Made by a program: the position numbers and the translations under genes
Assembly: GCA_016214565.1 (NCBI GenBank)
Contig: JACROE010000002.1
Location: 119,654-183,653 of the forward strand
DNA from: Candidatus Kerfeldbacteria bacterium
Lineage (GTDB): Bacteria; Patescibacteriota; Patescibacteriia; UBA10025; JAHIVO01
Direction: 5' to 3'
Length of the DNA: 64,000 bases
Shown: positions 1 through 8,191 of the stretch, in pieces
How positions within the stretch are numbered: position 1 is the first letter of the stretch
Layout of the letters: every line of letters starts with the position of its first letter
The notes under the pieces: generated by a model
Seen by the model: the letters and a program-made list of their open reading frames with translations, nothing else
Databases searched by the model: none
What the model was told of the DNA's origin: nothing

Positions 1-87
1 AACTAAGGTGTTCCACTCTTCCCGAGAAAGATCATATACTTTTGGCTTTCTTGCCATTTGGTCCATCGATGCTTCGCCGCGTTCCAT
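1..87 (-). CDS. Hypothetical protein, 5' part only (runs off the window)
   Basis: ATG at 87 opens MERGEASMDQMARKPKVYDLSREEWNTLV with no stop; TTGACT...TATACT promoter-like boxes upstream at about 120-146. Confidence 0.45.
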   Translation of the reverse strand, partial: MERGEASMDQMARKPKVYDLSREEWNTLV

Positions 88-150
88 ATGATTATATATT
101 AATAATTATCAATACAATAAGTATAGCGTAAAATTCAGAAAGTCAAAAGT

Positions 151-184
151 AAAATCACCGCCATCCATATAGAATAGCGGTGAT
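151..184 (-). terminator. Intrinsic terminator of 210..662, directly followed by TTGACT
   Basis: Minus-strand 13-bp stem ATCACCGCTATTC/GGATGGCGGTGAT with G-U pairs, then a T-rich tract. Confidence 0.7.
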
Positions 185-209
185 CAAGCGGCAACGATTG
201 ATATTGTGT

Positions 210-662
210 TTATCGAGGAATGGGGTCAGCAGAAAAGATGTGCGTGACCGGGCTGGTCTGAAACCAATAATTGGTCTTCCCCTGTGAGCCAGTGGCATGA
301 AAAAATGCTTGTTCGCCGACTCGTATTAACCCGGTGATAAGACTCTTGGGTCCGTCAACCACCTGAAGCACGCACTCGCCGGAAAAGGAGAAGTCAACCA
401 ACTGAATGATCAATTTTTCCTCACCGTTATGGGTCCAGCAGGCGGGCTCCCGAAGCACCATGGTGGCCAGCTGTAGCTCGCTCATGAACGGAACCGGCTC
501 GATATACCGATATGCCACGCAGCCAAGGGTGCTTGCCTGATGACGAGGGCTATCTCTGAATGTCTGGATCAGATACACGTGGGCACGCGTTGTCGTCCAG
601 ACGACATACCACTGATACGGATCATTGACCGGGTCAATCACCGTAATATTCGAATGTATCAT
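210..662 (-). CDS. Hypothetical protein (cassette-type orphan gene)
   Basis: 150-aa ORF, AGGAGG SD, own promoter and terminator. Confidence 0.75.
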   Translation of the reverse strand: MIHSNITVIDPVNDPYQWYVVWTTTRAHVYLIQTFRDSPRHQASTLGCVAYRYIEPVPFMSELQLATMVLREPACWTHNGEEKLIIQLVDFSFSGECVLQVVDGPKSLITGLIRVGEQAFFHATGSQGKTNYWFQTSPVTHIFSADPIPR

Positions 663-723
663 GACAATCCTCCTATGGAATATTGATGAAAGTTGCTGTT
701 TTTCTGTTTCGGAATAGCCTCAA

Positions 724-752
724 AACCTACCACCATTTTCTCAGGCGGTCAA
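724..752 (-). promoter_or_regulatory. Sigma70-type promoter for 210..662
   Basis: TTGACC-N17-TAGGTT with TG extended -10. Confidence 0.6.
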
Positions 753-784
753 GGCTGTATGCGGCCGATACAAAAATTAAATAC

Positions 785-1885
785 CTACTCGCCCTGGGCT
801 AATTCTTCCAGCAGCTGCTTTTGTTTGCGCGACAATTTTGTCGGCGTCACGACCTGTACGGTCACCAACTGGTCACCACGACCCCGAGAACGCAGGTGCG
901 GCACGCCTTTGTCGCCTAAACGAAATACTTTACCTGACTGCGTGCCAGCAGGAATCTTCAAAATAACCTCGCCGTCTAAAGTTTCTACAGGAACCTTATC
1001 TCCCAGCGCCGCCTGACTGAAACTGATTTCGAGCGTGGAAAGAATATCGTCGTCCTTGCGCTCAAATACCGGATCCGGCTCTACCCGCATGGTGATATAG
1101 AGATCTCCGGGATGCGCTCCCCGACCACCCGCTTCGCCTTTGCCAGACACGCGGATTGATTCACCTTCCTGGATACCTGCTGGAATTTTCACCTTAATCT
1201 TTTCTGAAGCGCGCACCCGTCCATCGCCGCCGCACTGTTTGCACTGCTTACTCGCCTTCTTGCCCTCGCCCTGGCACGAGGAACAAACCGCCGCGGTGCG
1301 AAAAGCTCCCAGTATCGTTTGCTGTACTTGTTCGACTTGGCCACGGCCGCCACAGGTAGAGCAGGTTTCAATCTTTGCACCAGGCTCCGCGCCATTTCCC
1401 TGACAATGATCACACACGACCTGCTTGTATAATTCGACAACTTCTTCAGTGCCAAAAACCGCCTCACGGAATGTAAGTGTCAATGTCGTCTGAATATCTT
1501 GGCCGGCTGATCGGCGCGATCCCCGACCACCCCGACGGCCAAAACCGAAAATGTCCCCAAAGATATCTCCAAAATCGCCAAAGTCATATTCCACCCGCTG
1601 GCCGCCCTGAGCGCCACCTGCGGCTCGTGCAAAGTCTTCCCAGGAAAACCCTTGCCCGCGCGCACCGGCCGCCTGCTCGTACTGGCTGCCAAACTGGTCA
1701 TAGCGCTGCCGACGCTCTGGATCACTCAATACTTGATAGGCGCCATTAATCTCCTTAAACTTAGCTTCGTCACCGCCCTGCTTGTCCGGGTGATGCTGAT
1801 GCGCTAGTTTACGATAGGCTTTCTTTATCTCGTCTTGGGTGGCGCCTTTGGCAACGCCTAATATTTCGTATAAATCTTTTGACAT
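785..1885 (-). CDS. dnaJ: Chaperone DnaJ
   Basis: J-domain HPD motif, G/F-rich region, four CxxCxGxG zinc repeats. Confidence 0.98.
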   Translation of the reverse strand: MSKDLYEILGVAKGATQDEIKKAYRKLAHQHHPDKQGGDEAKFKEINGAYQVLSDPERRQRYDQFGSQYEQAAGARGQGFSWEDFARAAGGAQGGQRVEYDFGDFGDIFGDIFGFGRRGGRGSRRSAGQDIQTTLTLTFREAVFGTEEVVELYKQVVCDHCQGNGAEPGAKIETCSTCGGRGQVEQVQQTILGAFRTAAVCSSCQGEGKKASKQCKQCGGDGRVRASEKIKVKIPAGIQEGESIRVSGKGEAGGRGAHPGDLYITMRVEPDPVFERKDDDILSTLEISFSQAALGDKVPVETLDGEVILKIPAGTQSGKVFRLGDKGVPHLRSRGRGDQLVTVQVVTPTKLSRKQKQLLEELAQGE

Positions 1886-1944
1886 AGCGTGAATACTCCC
1901 TCTGAACCATGCAGTCTACGGGAAAAAGGACGTATGGTCAAGGC

Positions 1945-3003
1945 TTACAATGATACTTTTTCTACCTCGGTTTGCACCTTCGTCACCTTGAAAAAATGAA
2001 GCCACTTCAGGACATGGTAGAGTATAGCCGCAAATATTTTTATGAGCTCGCGGCAAAAGAGGGCAAACACGTTGAGCAAAAAGAACATGCTCAAGGCAAG
2101 CAAAGCGGGAATAAATTTCTCATACGGACCCACATACCGTGTAATATTTTTCGCCACCACTTTTCGCACTACTGAATCCATCCGTTCATCACCGGTCGCT
2201 TCGATCTCGAATGATTTGAGAAATTCATCGCGCGCTTTGGCAATCACTTCCTGTTCAGCGATGGCAATGCCGGCCTTGATCTGCCGATCGAGCTCCTCAA
2301 TATCTGGCGTCAATTCCTCGATCTCAGACAGTCCCTGCTTCTCGAGATCGCCGATGCGAATAATATTTGCAATAAAGGCGTCTAAACTCATGTCCGGATT
2401 ATACCCCTCTCCGTAGAATTGATTGAGACCCAGATTGACTGCCTCCATACTCGCATCGACCAGGCCATTGATCACATCTGATTCGGACTGCGCTCGATCA
2501 GTGATAAAGCCGAAGTACATAACTGACAGAGCCAAAAGGATTATAGAAACCGTGCTGCGCAAACCCGTGTCCAACGTCTGCCGCGGTTTAAACATGGTGC
2601 GGGTTTTCATGTCATTTGAAATACTGCGACGCCAGATGTACCACCCCGCCGCCATGATCGCCGCCGCCAGCAGACTCCAGATACTCACGCCGAAGAACAG
2701 CAAACCAGTCGCAGCGGCAACTACGCATACGAGCAAAAAATACCAACGCATGGTGACGAAAATTTCTGTGAGGGCAACTACAGAAAACATGAGGCAGAAA
2801 GCTAAAAGAGTCGAGGCGATCGTTACTAAATTACTCAGATGAAATGAAAATTCAACCGAGGTCAAGGCATTGTGCCACGCCAACCAAAACAATGCCGTGG
2901 CCGCAATCACCAAGCCAAACAGCACCATCAATTTCTGCATGGGCTGGGCTGGTTTAAAATCTTTAAGCTTAGGCAATTCTGCTTTCGGTTGTTCGACGCG
3001 CAT
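1945..3003 (-). CDS. Multi-pass membrane protein of unknown function
   Basis: About 5 N-terminal TM helices, soluble helical region, C-terminal TM; tightly packed with neighbours. Confidence 0.8.
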   Translation of the reverse strand: MRVEQPKAELPKLKDFKPAQPMQKLMVLFGLVIAATALFWLAWHNALTSVEFSFHLSNLVTIASTLLAFCLMFSVVALTEIFVTMRWYFLLVCVVAAATGLLFFGVSIWSLLAAAIMAAGWYIWRRSISNDMKTRTMFKPRQTLDTGLRSTVSIILLALSVMYFGFITDRAQSESDVINGLVDASMEAVNLGLNQFYGEGYNPDMSLDAFIANIIRIGDLEKQGLSEIEELTPDIEELDRQIKAGIAIAEQEVIAKARDEFLKSFEIEATGDERMDSVVRKVVAKNITRYVGPYEKFIPALLALSMFFLLNVFALFCRELIKIFAAILYHVLKWLHFFKVTKVQTEVEKVSL

Positions 3004-3022
3004 AGTAGATCTATTTCAGCGC

Positions 3023-3337
3023 TTAGACGGTCTTGAACCCGACTTCCCCACTACCTGGCGCTTGCGCTTCCTCGATGCTGCCAAACCGATCCTCATATTT
3101 CTTGATATTCTCCTCCAAGGCTTTGTAAATCCGCTTCATGTGTCCAGGACTGGTGATGACTCGCGCAGCCACGATACCGGCGCGCTGATGAGGATACAAA
3201 TTCATGAAGTCAAGCACAAATTCTTCCTTGGTGTGCGAGACACCCATAGCATTTGAATACGCGCCTTTAAGAGTCGTGTCATCAATTTTGATATTAATCT
3301 GCTGCTGGTTTGGTTGGGCTTGCGGTTGTCCATTCAT
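3023..3337 (-). CDS. DUF3467-family protein
   Basis: G.YSN...VSHT.EEFVLDF and ARVI.SP.H.KR...AL..N...YE..FG motifs. Confidence 0.85.
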   Translation of the reverse strand: MNGQPQAQPNQQQINIKIDDTTLKGAYSNAMGVSHTKEEFVLDFMNLYPHQRAGIVAARVITSPGHMKRIYKALEENIKKYEDRFGSIEEAQAPGSGEVGFKTV

Positions 3338-3343
3338 ATTATT

Positions 3344-3409
3344 ACTTCTTACTATTTACTTATTACTAGTTACTTATCACTACCTACTCAATACTACTAA
3401 CTAATCACT
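3344..3409. repeat. Degenerate heptamer tandem repeat (ACTnnnn x9)
   Basis: acttctt actattt acttatt actagtt acttatc actacct actcaat actacta actaatc act; exact 7-nt period. Confidence 0.8.
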
Positions 3410-3436
3410 CTGTATATCATATCAGCTCTCGCCGAA

Positions 3437-3466
3437 TTGACAAATCATCCGCTCCCAGGCTAGGGT
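3437..3466 (+). promoter_or_regulatory. Promoter of cassette 1
   Basis: TTGACA-N18-TAGGGT; the same site reads TTGTCA-N16-TATGAT on the minus strand toward the DUF3467 gene. Confidence 0.55.
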
Positions 3467-3512
3467 ACAATTAGAACAGAAACCGCTCACCATTAACAAT
3501 CGGAGGCGATAG

Positions 3513-3743
3513 ATGCGATCATTTCGCCGTTCCATCCAGCGCCTGGTTTTGCGCAATAAGCAGTGCATCCTGCACTGTGCCGGTGGCCGTATCGTGCGCA
3601 TTCCAGCTGGCAGCGTGGCAAAAGTCCGCGTCTGCTCCCAGGAGCAAAAGCCCTTTGTCAGATTTGACCAGGGAAAACGCGTGCCCTACATCCATGCGTC
3701 AGAACGCCACGTCCTCTCCTGTTGGGCAACTCATCACCAATGA
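3513..3743 (+). CDS. Small basic hypothetical protein (cassette)
   Basis: GGAGG SD at 3502-3506, 76-aa ORF, terminator follows. Confidence 0.6.
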   Translation: MRSFRRSIQRLVLRNKQCILHCAGGRIVRIPAGSVAKVRVCSQEQKPFVRFDQGKRVPYIHASERHVLSCWATHHQ

Positions 3744-3767
3744 CCACGAGTTGTTGGTTCCTCCACC

Positions 3768-3807
3768 CCCAGGCGGTTACACTACCCTTTCCGCCTGGGT
3801 TTTCTTT
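3768..3807 (+). terminator. Intrinsic terminator
   Basis: CCCAGGCGG...CCGCCTGGG then TTTTCTTT. Confidence 0.75.
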
Positions 3808-3845
3808 ACCCCTGAGGCTCGCTCATGGCCGTGCCTCAACCGGGC

Positions 3846-3874
3846 TTGACAAGGCACGCTCCCTGTGGTAGTAT
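3846..3874 (+). promoter_or_regulatory. Promoter of cassette 2
   Basis: TTGACA-N17-TAGTAT with TG extension. Confidence 0.7.
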
Positions 3875-3912
3875 GGTTCGTTCACCACAAAACCAAGAAA
3901 GGAGGTTTCGTT

Positions 3913-4161
3913 ATGAAACCAGTGGTGTGGCTCTTTTTCCTCATCTTGTGCATCATTCCGTTTGCCTTCTTTGGTTGGACTGTCACCGGTCCGTACCAGG
4001 GAATGCTGGCAAACCTCCTGCACCATGGAGCTTTGACCGCTAATTCGCTCTCCCACCTCGGCAACGAGGATGGCCGGCATGCAGCGGTACTGCTCTTCGC
4101 CATTTGGTTCGGTTCTGTCTGCATCATGCAGATCGGCATCGCGCTTAAAAAGGCGCATTAA
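3913..4161 (+). CDS. Small two-TM membrane protein (cassette)
   Basis: AAAGGAGG SD before ATG 3913; two hydrophobic segments. Confidence 0.75.
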   Translation: MKPVVWLFFLILCIIPFAFFGWTVTGPYQGMLANLLHHGALTANSLSHLGNEDGRHAAVLLFAIWFGSVCIMQIGIALKKAH

Positions 4162-4189
4162 TCATAGGATGATTGCACATCTCTCGTAC

Positions 4190-4219
4190 GGGCTTTCATA
4201 GGATTGAAAGCCCTTTTTT
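4190..4219 (+). terminator. Intrinsic terminator
   Basis: GGGCTTTCA-loop-TGAAAGCCC then T6. Confidence 0.8.
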
Positions 4220-4253
4220 CTTTACTTTTTTCCCGGGAGTGCTACGCTAATTG

Positions 4254-4381
4254 TGTCACGCGAATTCCATGAGGGGGAGATCGTGTTGACATTTCACTCA
4301 CTGTGACTTGGGCTGCAGCATTTAACCACATTAGTGGACATTATAGAGAGGACATCACAATCGCTGCAGCCCTCTTTTTTT
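4254..4381 (+). ncRNA. Candidate small structured RNA (non-coding cassette)
   Basis: TTTACT...TGcTACGCT promoter-like boxes at 4221-4248, 5' hairpin 4254-4291, long GGGCTGCAGC/GCTGCAGCCC stem plus T tract; only a 7-codon ORF follows the SD-like run. Confidence 0.35.
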
Positions 4382-4382
4382 A

Positions 4383-4411
4383 TTGACAAAATACCCTCGT
4401 TTGCCTAGGAT
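4383..4411 (+). promoter_or_regulatory. Promoter abutting the upstream terminator T-tract
   Basis: TTTTTTTA-TTGACA-N17-TAGGAT. Confidence 0.7.
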
Positions 4412-4486
4412 AACGTACTTACCGTTACTATAGAAAATACAAAAAGAACCTACTAATAATAACCTGCGAAATGGTTTGGAGGAATC

Positions 4487-5002
4487 ATGACTACGCTCAA
4501 CAGATCCGCGCATTGGTACGGATTGGATCGATTGTGGATCGACCACGATCGCGACGTACTGATAGTTCAGTCACCTGATGGTCTCGGACAGATGACCGTG
4601 TACATCAACAAGACAGATATCTTGGACGGTACCGCTCGACTCGAAACAGTCAAAGATGGTGATCACCCGCATTTCTTCCACGGTAATACGAATGACGTCC
4701 GTTGTGCGACCATCGTCACAACCGCACAGCGGATTGCTGAAATCGATGAATGGGTCGGCTATGGCGCCGCCTTCCCCTATGAAGAGGTGTGCTACCGCCA
4801 CGGCCGGTATCGCATCAAGATGCCAACATCGAAGATGCCCGATATTCATTTTGAGCCGATTCAGGTCGGCGTCCGCATTCATCTCATTGCCTCAGATGCG
4901 ACGACGGTCACGGTCAACAAAAATGGCACTATCGAACTACGGGGATCGGACGAGCTCCTCCGCAAAATCCGCGAAGGCATGCTGCCCGAAACAACGAGCT
5001 AG
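4487..5002 (+). CDS. Hypothetical protein (cassette)
   Basis: GGAGGA SD, 171-aa beta-rich ORF. Confidence 0.8.
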   Translation: MTTLNRSAHWYGLDRLWIDHDRDVLIVQSPDGLGQMTVYINKTDILDGTARLETVKDGDHPHFFHGNTNDVRCATIVTTAQRIAEIDEWVGYGAAFPYEEVCYRHGRYRIKMPTSKMPDIHFEPIQVGVRIHLIASDATTVTVNKNGTIELRGSDELLRKIREGMLPETTS

Positions 5003-5084
5003 CCAGCCTGCGCTTGGCACCCGCCGCCGATCATTGGCGAACGTCCGTCTCCGCTTGAGACGACACTCGCCTGATTGCACCAAA

Positions 5085-5156
5085 ACCCCGTACACTGACA
5101 TTCGTCGTGTGCGGGGTGATTTATTATTGACAATGACATCAGCAACACGCTACACT
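5085..5156 (+). promoter_or_regulatory. Terminator-promoter junction
   Basis: ACCCCGTACAC/GTGTGCGGGGT stem, T-rich tract, then TTGACA(5127)-N18-TACACT. Confidence 0.7.
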
Positions 5157-5192
5157 GAGATCAGTAAATGTATTAAACATGTTTGGAGGAAC

Positions 5193-5357
5193 ATGGAACA
5201 CGGTCCCCCGTCCTTTTGGCACATTGTTGTCACGATTATCGGAATATTCGCTTGTCTGATACTGCCCTTCTTCAAGATACGCTTGATCCGATGGGCATAT
5301 CTCCATGCCGAACAAACACGGCGAGCCAAACGCGCTCGTCACAAAGCAGTCGGATAG
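5193..5357 (+). CDS. 54-aa single-TM protein with basic C-tail (cassette)
   Basis: GGAGGA SD then MEHGPPSFWHIVVTIIGIFACLILPFFKIRL...; own promoter and terminator. Confidence 0.6.
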   Translation: MEHGPPSFWHIVVTIIGIFACLILPFFKIRLIRWAYLHAEQTRRAKRARHKAVG

Positions 5358-5380
5358 CCGCCCCAGGCTATTCCCCAGAA

Positions 5381-5465
5381 AGCCCGCGCACTTCTCCAAT
5401 TCTTGCGCGGGCTGATTTTTTCTGTCCACGGACTACTTGACGAATCCCGTACCCGACACTAGGAT
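5381..5465 (+). promoter_or_regulatory. Terminator-promoter junction
   Basis: AGCCCGCGCA/TGCGCGGGCT stem plus T6, then TTGACG(5437)-N17-TAGGAT. Confidence 0.7.
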
Positions 5466-5514
5466 GGGGACAGACAAAAAAACAGTTCTTTTCACATACA
5501 GACTGGAGTGTATT

Positions 5515-6033
5515 ATGATAACGACGTATTTCTTCGATGATGACGAGCCCGTGACCTTTGGTGTCATACTGGGCTTACTGCTCCTGACCGGTATACTGGG
5601 AATTATTGCCATCGTGGTAATCCCCTGTGCCATACTCTGGAGCTGGGTGACTCACCAACCCGAAACTCATTTCAAGCGCAATGCCCCCTACACCGGCGTA
5701 CTCATTTATGGATTGGGGTTATTTCTCTTATTATTCCCCAACCCTCCCATTGCCCTGAATTGGATACGATTGACACTCTTTGGTACTGGCGTCGCTCTCA
5801 CCCTATCCACCGTCTATGCCTGCCGGAACATTAAACTTCGAGTTGCTACGCTGGTGATTATAGTTGGGCTAGAGATTGAAATTGGTCTCAATTTCCTTCA
5901 TCAGTATCATCTCATCGCTGACGAAACAGCCTATCTCCTCGGTGCGCTAACCTACTTCTACCTGATCTACGCCCCCTGGGCACTTATGTTTTTCGGCAAC
6001 CAGTCGAAACAAGAACTGATTACGATACCGTAA
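5515..6033 (+). CDS. Membrane protein, about 5 TM (cassette)
   Basis: GGAG SD before ATG 5515; hydrophobic segments. Confidence 0.75.
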   Translation: MITTYFFDDDEPVTFGVILGLLLLTGILGIIAIVVIPCAILWSWVTHQPETHFKRNAPYTGVLIYGLGLFLLLFPNPPIALNWIRLTLFGTGVALTLSTVYACRNIKLRVATLVIIVGLEIEIGLNFLHQYHLIADETAYLLGALTYFYLIYAPWALMFFGNQSKQELITIP

Positions 6034-6058
6034 TCTACCATTTCGTTCACGTCTAACC

Positions 6059-6135
6059 ATCGGCCATTGCACTATTGTAATGGCCGATTATTTATGAATA
6101 ATAAAACCCCATGTCTTGCAGTCGAGACATGGGGT
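6059..6135. terminator. Two back-to-back terminators between convergent cassettes
   Basis: ATCGGCCATTGC/GTAATGGCCGAT plus T-rich tract (+), and AAAACCCCATGTCT/AGACATGGGGT (-). Confidence 0.7.
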
Positions 6136-6161
6136 CGCGCATGATTGGTAGTCATGCGCAA

Positions 6162-6686
6162 TTACAGGAGCAACGAGAGAAAGCAGAAAGCGCCAAGCGG
6201 AAAGTCATTAGCCGCATCAATAGCAGCAGCTGCTATCATCGCGAAATCGGGATTGTCGATAAGCATGACGCCAGTTACGGTGACCGATTGCCCGATCATA
6301 TAGTACAGCCTGCCGGTATCAGTATCCTGACACGTGACAGAGCCATACACGCTGATCACGGAACCAATCTTCACCTTGGCATACTGTTCGTTATCGACGA
6401 CTACAGCGATGACATCCTCTTCAGAAAGCTTGCCCGCTTCAAGTTCCGGCAGCGGCAGGTGCGCAACCACCAGCACGGATCGATTATCCCGCTGGTACAC
6501 ATAGACAACCACCCCATCTGAAAAATTCCTTGTGGAATAATACAGAGATGTCGGACGATCGTCCATGATCTGGCCGAACGTCACGGGCTTTATCGGAGCA
6601 CCGAAGTCATTGCTCAGGCCAACGAAATACAGAATAGTTAGCGCCGCCCACACCCCAATACCCAGGATCAAACATAATCGTTTCAT
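6162..6686 (-). CDS. Membrane-anchored protein, possibly OB-fold (cassette)
   Basis: GAGG SD before MKRLCLILG; N-terminal TM; VKIGSVISVYGSV resembles an OB-fold strand pattern. Confidence 0.7.
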   Translation of the reverse strand: MKRLCLILGIGVWAALTILYFVGLSNDFGAPIKPVTFGQIMDDRPTSLYYSTRNFSDGVVVYVYQRDNRSVLVVAHLPLPELEAGKLSEEDVIAVVVDNEQYAKVKIGSVISVYGSVTCQDTDTGRLYYMIGQSVTVTGVMLIDNPDFAMIAAAAIDAANDFPLGAFCFLSLLL

Positions 6687-6772
6687 ACACAACCTCTTTC
6701 GTTTAACATGTATCAGAATTCGGAATATTCTATTTCTATAGCTCAATTGTAATGTGCGAAAAGAAACAATCC

Positions 6773-6852
6773 ATTATACTCCAAATGGCCGATTTGTCAA
6801 GGCCTCAAGCGTGCATAAAGAAAGCCCGCGTCCTGATACAGGAAGCGCGGGC
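6773..6852 (-). promoter_or_regulatory. Terminator-promoter junction (minus strand)
   Basis: GCCCGCG/CGCGGGC stem plus TTTCTTT, then TTGACA-N16-TATAAT. Confidence 0.7.
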
Positions 6853-6878
6853 CGATACAATGTCGTCAGGGTGACGAG

Positions 6879-7382
6879 CTAATTACGATGAAGAAAGTGC
6901 TCTGCTAAGGCTCGAGGATCCGCAAAACGCGGCTCGATATCCTTTCCGGCAAACATGGCACGGAATTTACGACGGACAATACGGTCGGTGACCCCTGCTT
7001 CAGCGGCATAATTGGTAAAGCAGATATCGGTCGACCAGTACGAATCCAGGTACATCACGGGAACGATCATGCGCATACGTTCGCGTGTTGGATGAATGGT
7101 GGTACCCAAATGATGAATCGGGGTAAGAATAAACCCCTCACTCATTTGCTTCAGAGCTCTAGCTAACGTGGCGGGTGATTCCATCTGTGTGGCGACATGA
7201 ATCACCACGTCCAGCTTGTGGCTCATGGGGTAGAGCGCCGCCTTGCCTATGATAGCTGAAAATTCAGCGGTTGCGGGCACGGCGGCCAATTCGGCAAAAA
7301 AGATAGTCAAGTCAGGCGATGCAGCAGTAAAGCTCTGCCGGTATAGGTCAATAGCCTCCTGCATATAATAGTGAAAGTACAT
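6879..7382 (-). CDS. Hypothetical protein, possibly a degenerate nucleotidyltransferase fold (cassette)
   Basis: GAGGA/AGGA SD; IIGKAALYPM..KLDVVI and WSTDICF motifs. Confidence 0.7.
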   Translation of the reverse strand: MYFHYYMQEAIDLYRQSFTAASPDLTIFFAELAAVPATAEFSAIIGKAALYPMSHKLDVVIHVATQMESPATLARALKQMSEGFILTPIHHLGTTIHPTRERMRMIVPVMYLDSYWSTDICFTNYAAEAGVTDRIVRRKFRAMFAGKDIEPRFADPRALAEHFLHRN

Positions 7383-7431
7383 GGGATCCTATCCTCTCTG
7401 TATGTGTGTTTGTGTTTTTATGAGTTGGTCT

Positions 7432-7505
7432 ACCTTAGCAAAAAGGTGTGCCCAAGTCAATCAGCCACCGCTACACTTGACAAGAGAGGTGCAGTGGTGT
7501 ATTCT
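7432..7505. promoter_or_regulatory. Divergent promoter pair
   Basis: Minus: TTGACT-N17-TAAGGT (7460-7432); plus: TTGACA(7477)-N17-TATTCT. Confidence 0.7.
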
Positions 7506-7646
7506 ATGATGTTTAATCAGTTCTTTCATATACAATTTCCGTTCAGCAGTGAAATGCTCAGTAGCTCCGTTACTGGCCGCTTCTCTGCTGAGACGGCAGA
7601 CATTTCTGGAATGACCCAGAAACGTATCCTCAAGACAGGAGATGTC

Positions 7647-7976
7647 ATGGAAAAGATTAATGTAACGCATAGCTTGATGGCGAGCGTCGAATTGACACGC
7701 GCTGCACTGGTGGAGCTCAAGGCTCCGATCACCTTCACACGGATGGACATAATATCCGCCCGGTATAATGATGGTGATACTAATCGATCAGTGTCACTCT
7801 GCATCCATCTCGCGTCTGGAAAAAAAGTCCGGGCGCACTGCATTGTCAACGACAATGATCAACGCTGGGACAACGGAACCTGCGAACTAACCATCAGCAA
7901 TGGCGGTTCGCACACACCAACAGCACGATTCAGTGGTCGAATATTTCATAACGTCTGGGTAGTCGTGGCGCAGTAA
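7647..7976 (+). CDS. Hypothetical protein with long structured leader (cassette)
   Basis: AGGAG SD before ATG 7647; terminator at 8003-8043. Confidence 0.7.
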   Translation: MEKINVTHSLMASVELTRAALVELKAPITFTRMDIISARYNDGDTNRSVSLCIHLASGKKVRAHCIVNDNDQRWDNGTCELTISNGGSHTPTARFSGRIFHNVWVVVAQ

Positions 7977-8002
7977 TTCTGCGACCACGCCCCACCACTG
8001 AT

Positions 8003-8096
8003 AACGCCGGACAGTAGTATCTACTCAATCCGGCGTTTTTTATTACTCAATTGAATGTACCGAGGCTTGACGAATATCGATTTTTTGTGATACTAT
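8003..8096 (+). promoter_or_regulatory. Terminator-promoter junction
   Basis: AACGCCGGA/TCCGGCGTT stem plus T tract, then TTGACG(8067)-N18-TACTAT. Confidence 0.65.
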
Positions 8097-8191
8097 CGGT
8101 AATTCCGGCAAACAATAGCTGTCGGAAATTTCACATAAGACCGTTCCTTCGACAACCCATCAACCCCAATAACCACACGGAGGTATTTTTC

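Noticed and set aside
4656-5192. N-terminal part of the 233-aa ORF 4656..5357
   Set aside because: It overlaps 4487..5002 out of frame and crosses a terminator and promoter; only the SD-led part from 5193 is accepted.
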